Below are positions 62,685 to 64,000 of a DNA stretch of 64,000 nucleotides, piece after piece (position 1 is the stretch's first letter; each line of letters starts with the position of its first letter). The DNA is from Octopus sinensis (Eukaryota), in NCBI RefSeq assembly GCF_006345805.1, contig NC_042999.1, forward strand, positions 10,788,001 to 10,852,000, in the 5' to 3' direction. The notes below the pieces were generated by a model. The model worked only from the letters and a program-made list of their open reading frames with translations, did not search any database and was not told where the DNA came from. The position numbers were made by a program, and so were the translations under genes.

Positions 62685-64000
62685 CAAAGGTAAAGGAGAT
62701 GCCCCAGAAGTAGTGAAAGAGATGTCAAATTACTGAACCAGGTCAAGAAAGTTACCGAAAAGGTCACAGCTCAAGAAATTAAGAAGAGAGTTAGCCTAGA
62801 TGAGATGCAGTTTGGTTTGGTGCCAGGGAGAAGTACTACTGATGCTATCTTTTTTGTGAGAAGCATTTAGCCAAAAGTATTTTAGCTGTACTTGGCATTT
62901 GCTGATATAGAGAATGCCTTTGACAGGGTCTCTCATTCCCTCATCAGGGGATTGATACAGAAGCTATTGGGTAGAAGAGTGGCTGCTGAGAGTCATCCAT
63001 GTATGGGGATACTGTCAGTAAAGTGAAAGTCAGTAATGAGTACAGTAATGAATTTAATGTGCAGGTAGGAGTTCACCAAGAGTCAGCTCTTAGCCCCCTC
63101 TTGTTCATCTAACTCCAAGGCATAACAGAGGATTTAGAACTGGTCATCCATGGGAACTTCTCTATGATGATGACCTTGTTTTTATAGCTGAAACTCTAGT
63201 AGAATTAGAGATGAAATTTCAGCATGGACTAGAATCAAAAGGGCCTCAGAATTAATTTAGTAAAGATCAAATTACTAGTAGGCAGGAAAGCAGATAAATT
63301 ACTAATACCTTTGGGGAAATAGCTTTGCTTGGTATGTAGCAAAAGATATTGGTAGAAATTCTATATGGCATATCTAGTGCAAGCTATGGACACATAAACG
63401 GTGCAGTTGAATCAGGAATATTAACAGAGAAAATAGTTCTTTGTATGGGCAGATGTGCAAGAACAAGAAATACTAAGAACACACAGGAAGTAGCTATCAA
63501 CAAATGCCCAGGGGAATCCTTAGATGTAATAGTTTCCATTAGCTAGATGTAGAGTAAGGACCTGCCGGACAAAGTTCAGAGAGTTATTATTTTTGTTGGT
63601 AACAAAGGGACTCTTCCTCAGAGTGTGAGGCAGACTGTATGATGCCTATGTACTAACAACTATGCTACATGGTTGTAAGAAATGCTGTGATTACCAAGGA
63701 CATGTGGAAGCTCGAAAGAAATGAAGCATGCTTTGTCGTATGTGCAATGTCAATGTTCATGAATGGCACAGTGTGTTTTAAGAGAAAAACAGGGTATAAG
63801 AGGCATCAAATGCAGCGTGCAAAAGAAAAAAACTGCACTGGTATAGTCAGGTGATGCATATGGATGAAGACAGCTGCATAAAGAAGTGCCAATACCTAAA
63901 TGTGGAGGAAACCTGTGGGAGAGGACAACCGAGAAAGATGTGGACAAAGTGGTGAAGAATGATCTTCAGATGTTGAGCTTAACAGAGGAGATGGAACGGA
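62685..64000 (+). pseudogene. RTE-clade LINE reverse transcriptase relic, runs off the window end
   Basis: KGKGDA, RVSLDEMQFGLVPGRSTTDAIF, LAFADIENAFDRV, VGVHQESALSPLLF, LYDDDLV and GRGQPRK motifs, broken by stops and frameshifts. Confidence 0.9.

Noticed and set aside
62595-62690. Inverted RTE-type tail abutting the RT relic, suggesting a 5'-inverted insertion
   Set aside because: The tail matches the SINE-associated variant and is more simply a separate decayed insertion.

Overview
AT-rich, microsatellite-dense eukaryotic DNA. The repeat content (tRNA-headed SINEs, RTE/BovB LINE fragments with (GAT)n tails, mariner/maT relics, TTAA MITEs, Helitron-type elements) looks to me like an octopus/cephalopod intronic or intergenic region; that assignment is inference from recognised repeats, not a database result. 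I recognise no host protein-coding gene. The supplied ORFs are nearly all microsatellite, SINE or decayed transposon translations, and only a few low-confidence exon candidates exist. The strongest signal is a ~200-nt repeat present as inverted (hairpin) dimers at 24.7-25.0 kb, 54.9-55.3 kb and 57.0-57.3 kb. Its plus-strand arm folds into a complete minimal type-I hammerhead-ribozyme topology with a non-canonical, compensatory G3:C8 core (GUGAACA instead of CUGANGA) and a palindromic stem III. Related but decayed hammerhead-like motifs occur in a tRNA-SINE tail (7.6 kb), at 13.6 kb and inside another inverted repeat (36.4 kb). Also notable: a near-identical 2.03-kb tandem duplication, a candidate recursive splice site, a Merlin-like MITE with a perfect 8-bp TSD, a canonical non-autonomous Helitron and an unclassified old repeat family. 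Coordinates of decayed repeats are approximate (about +/-20 bp).
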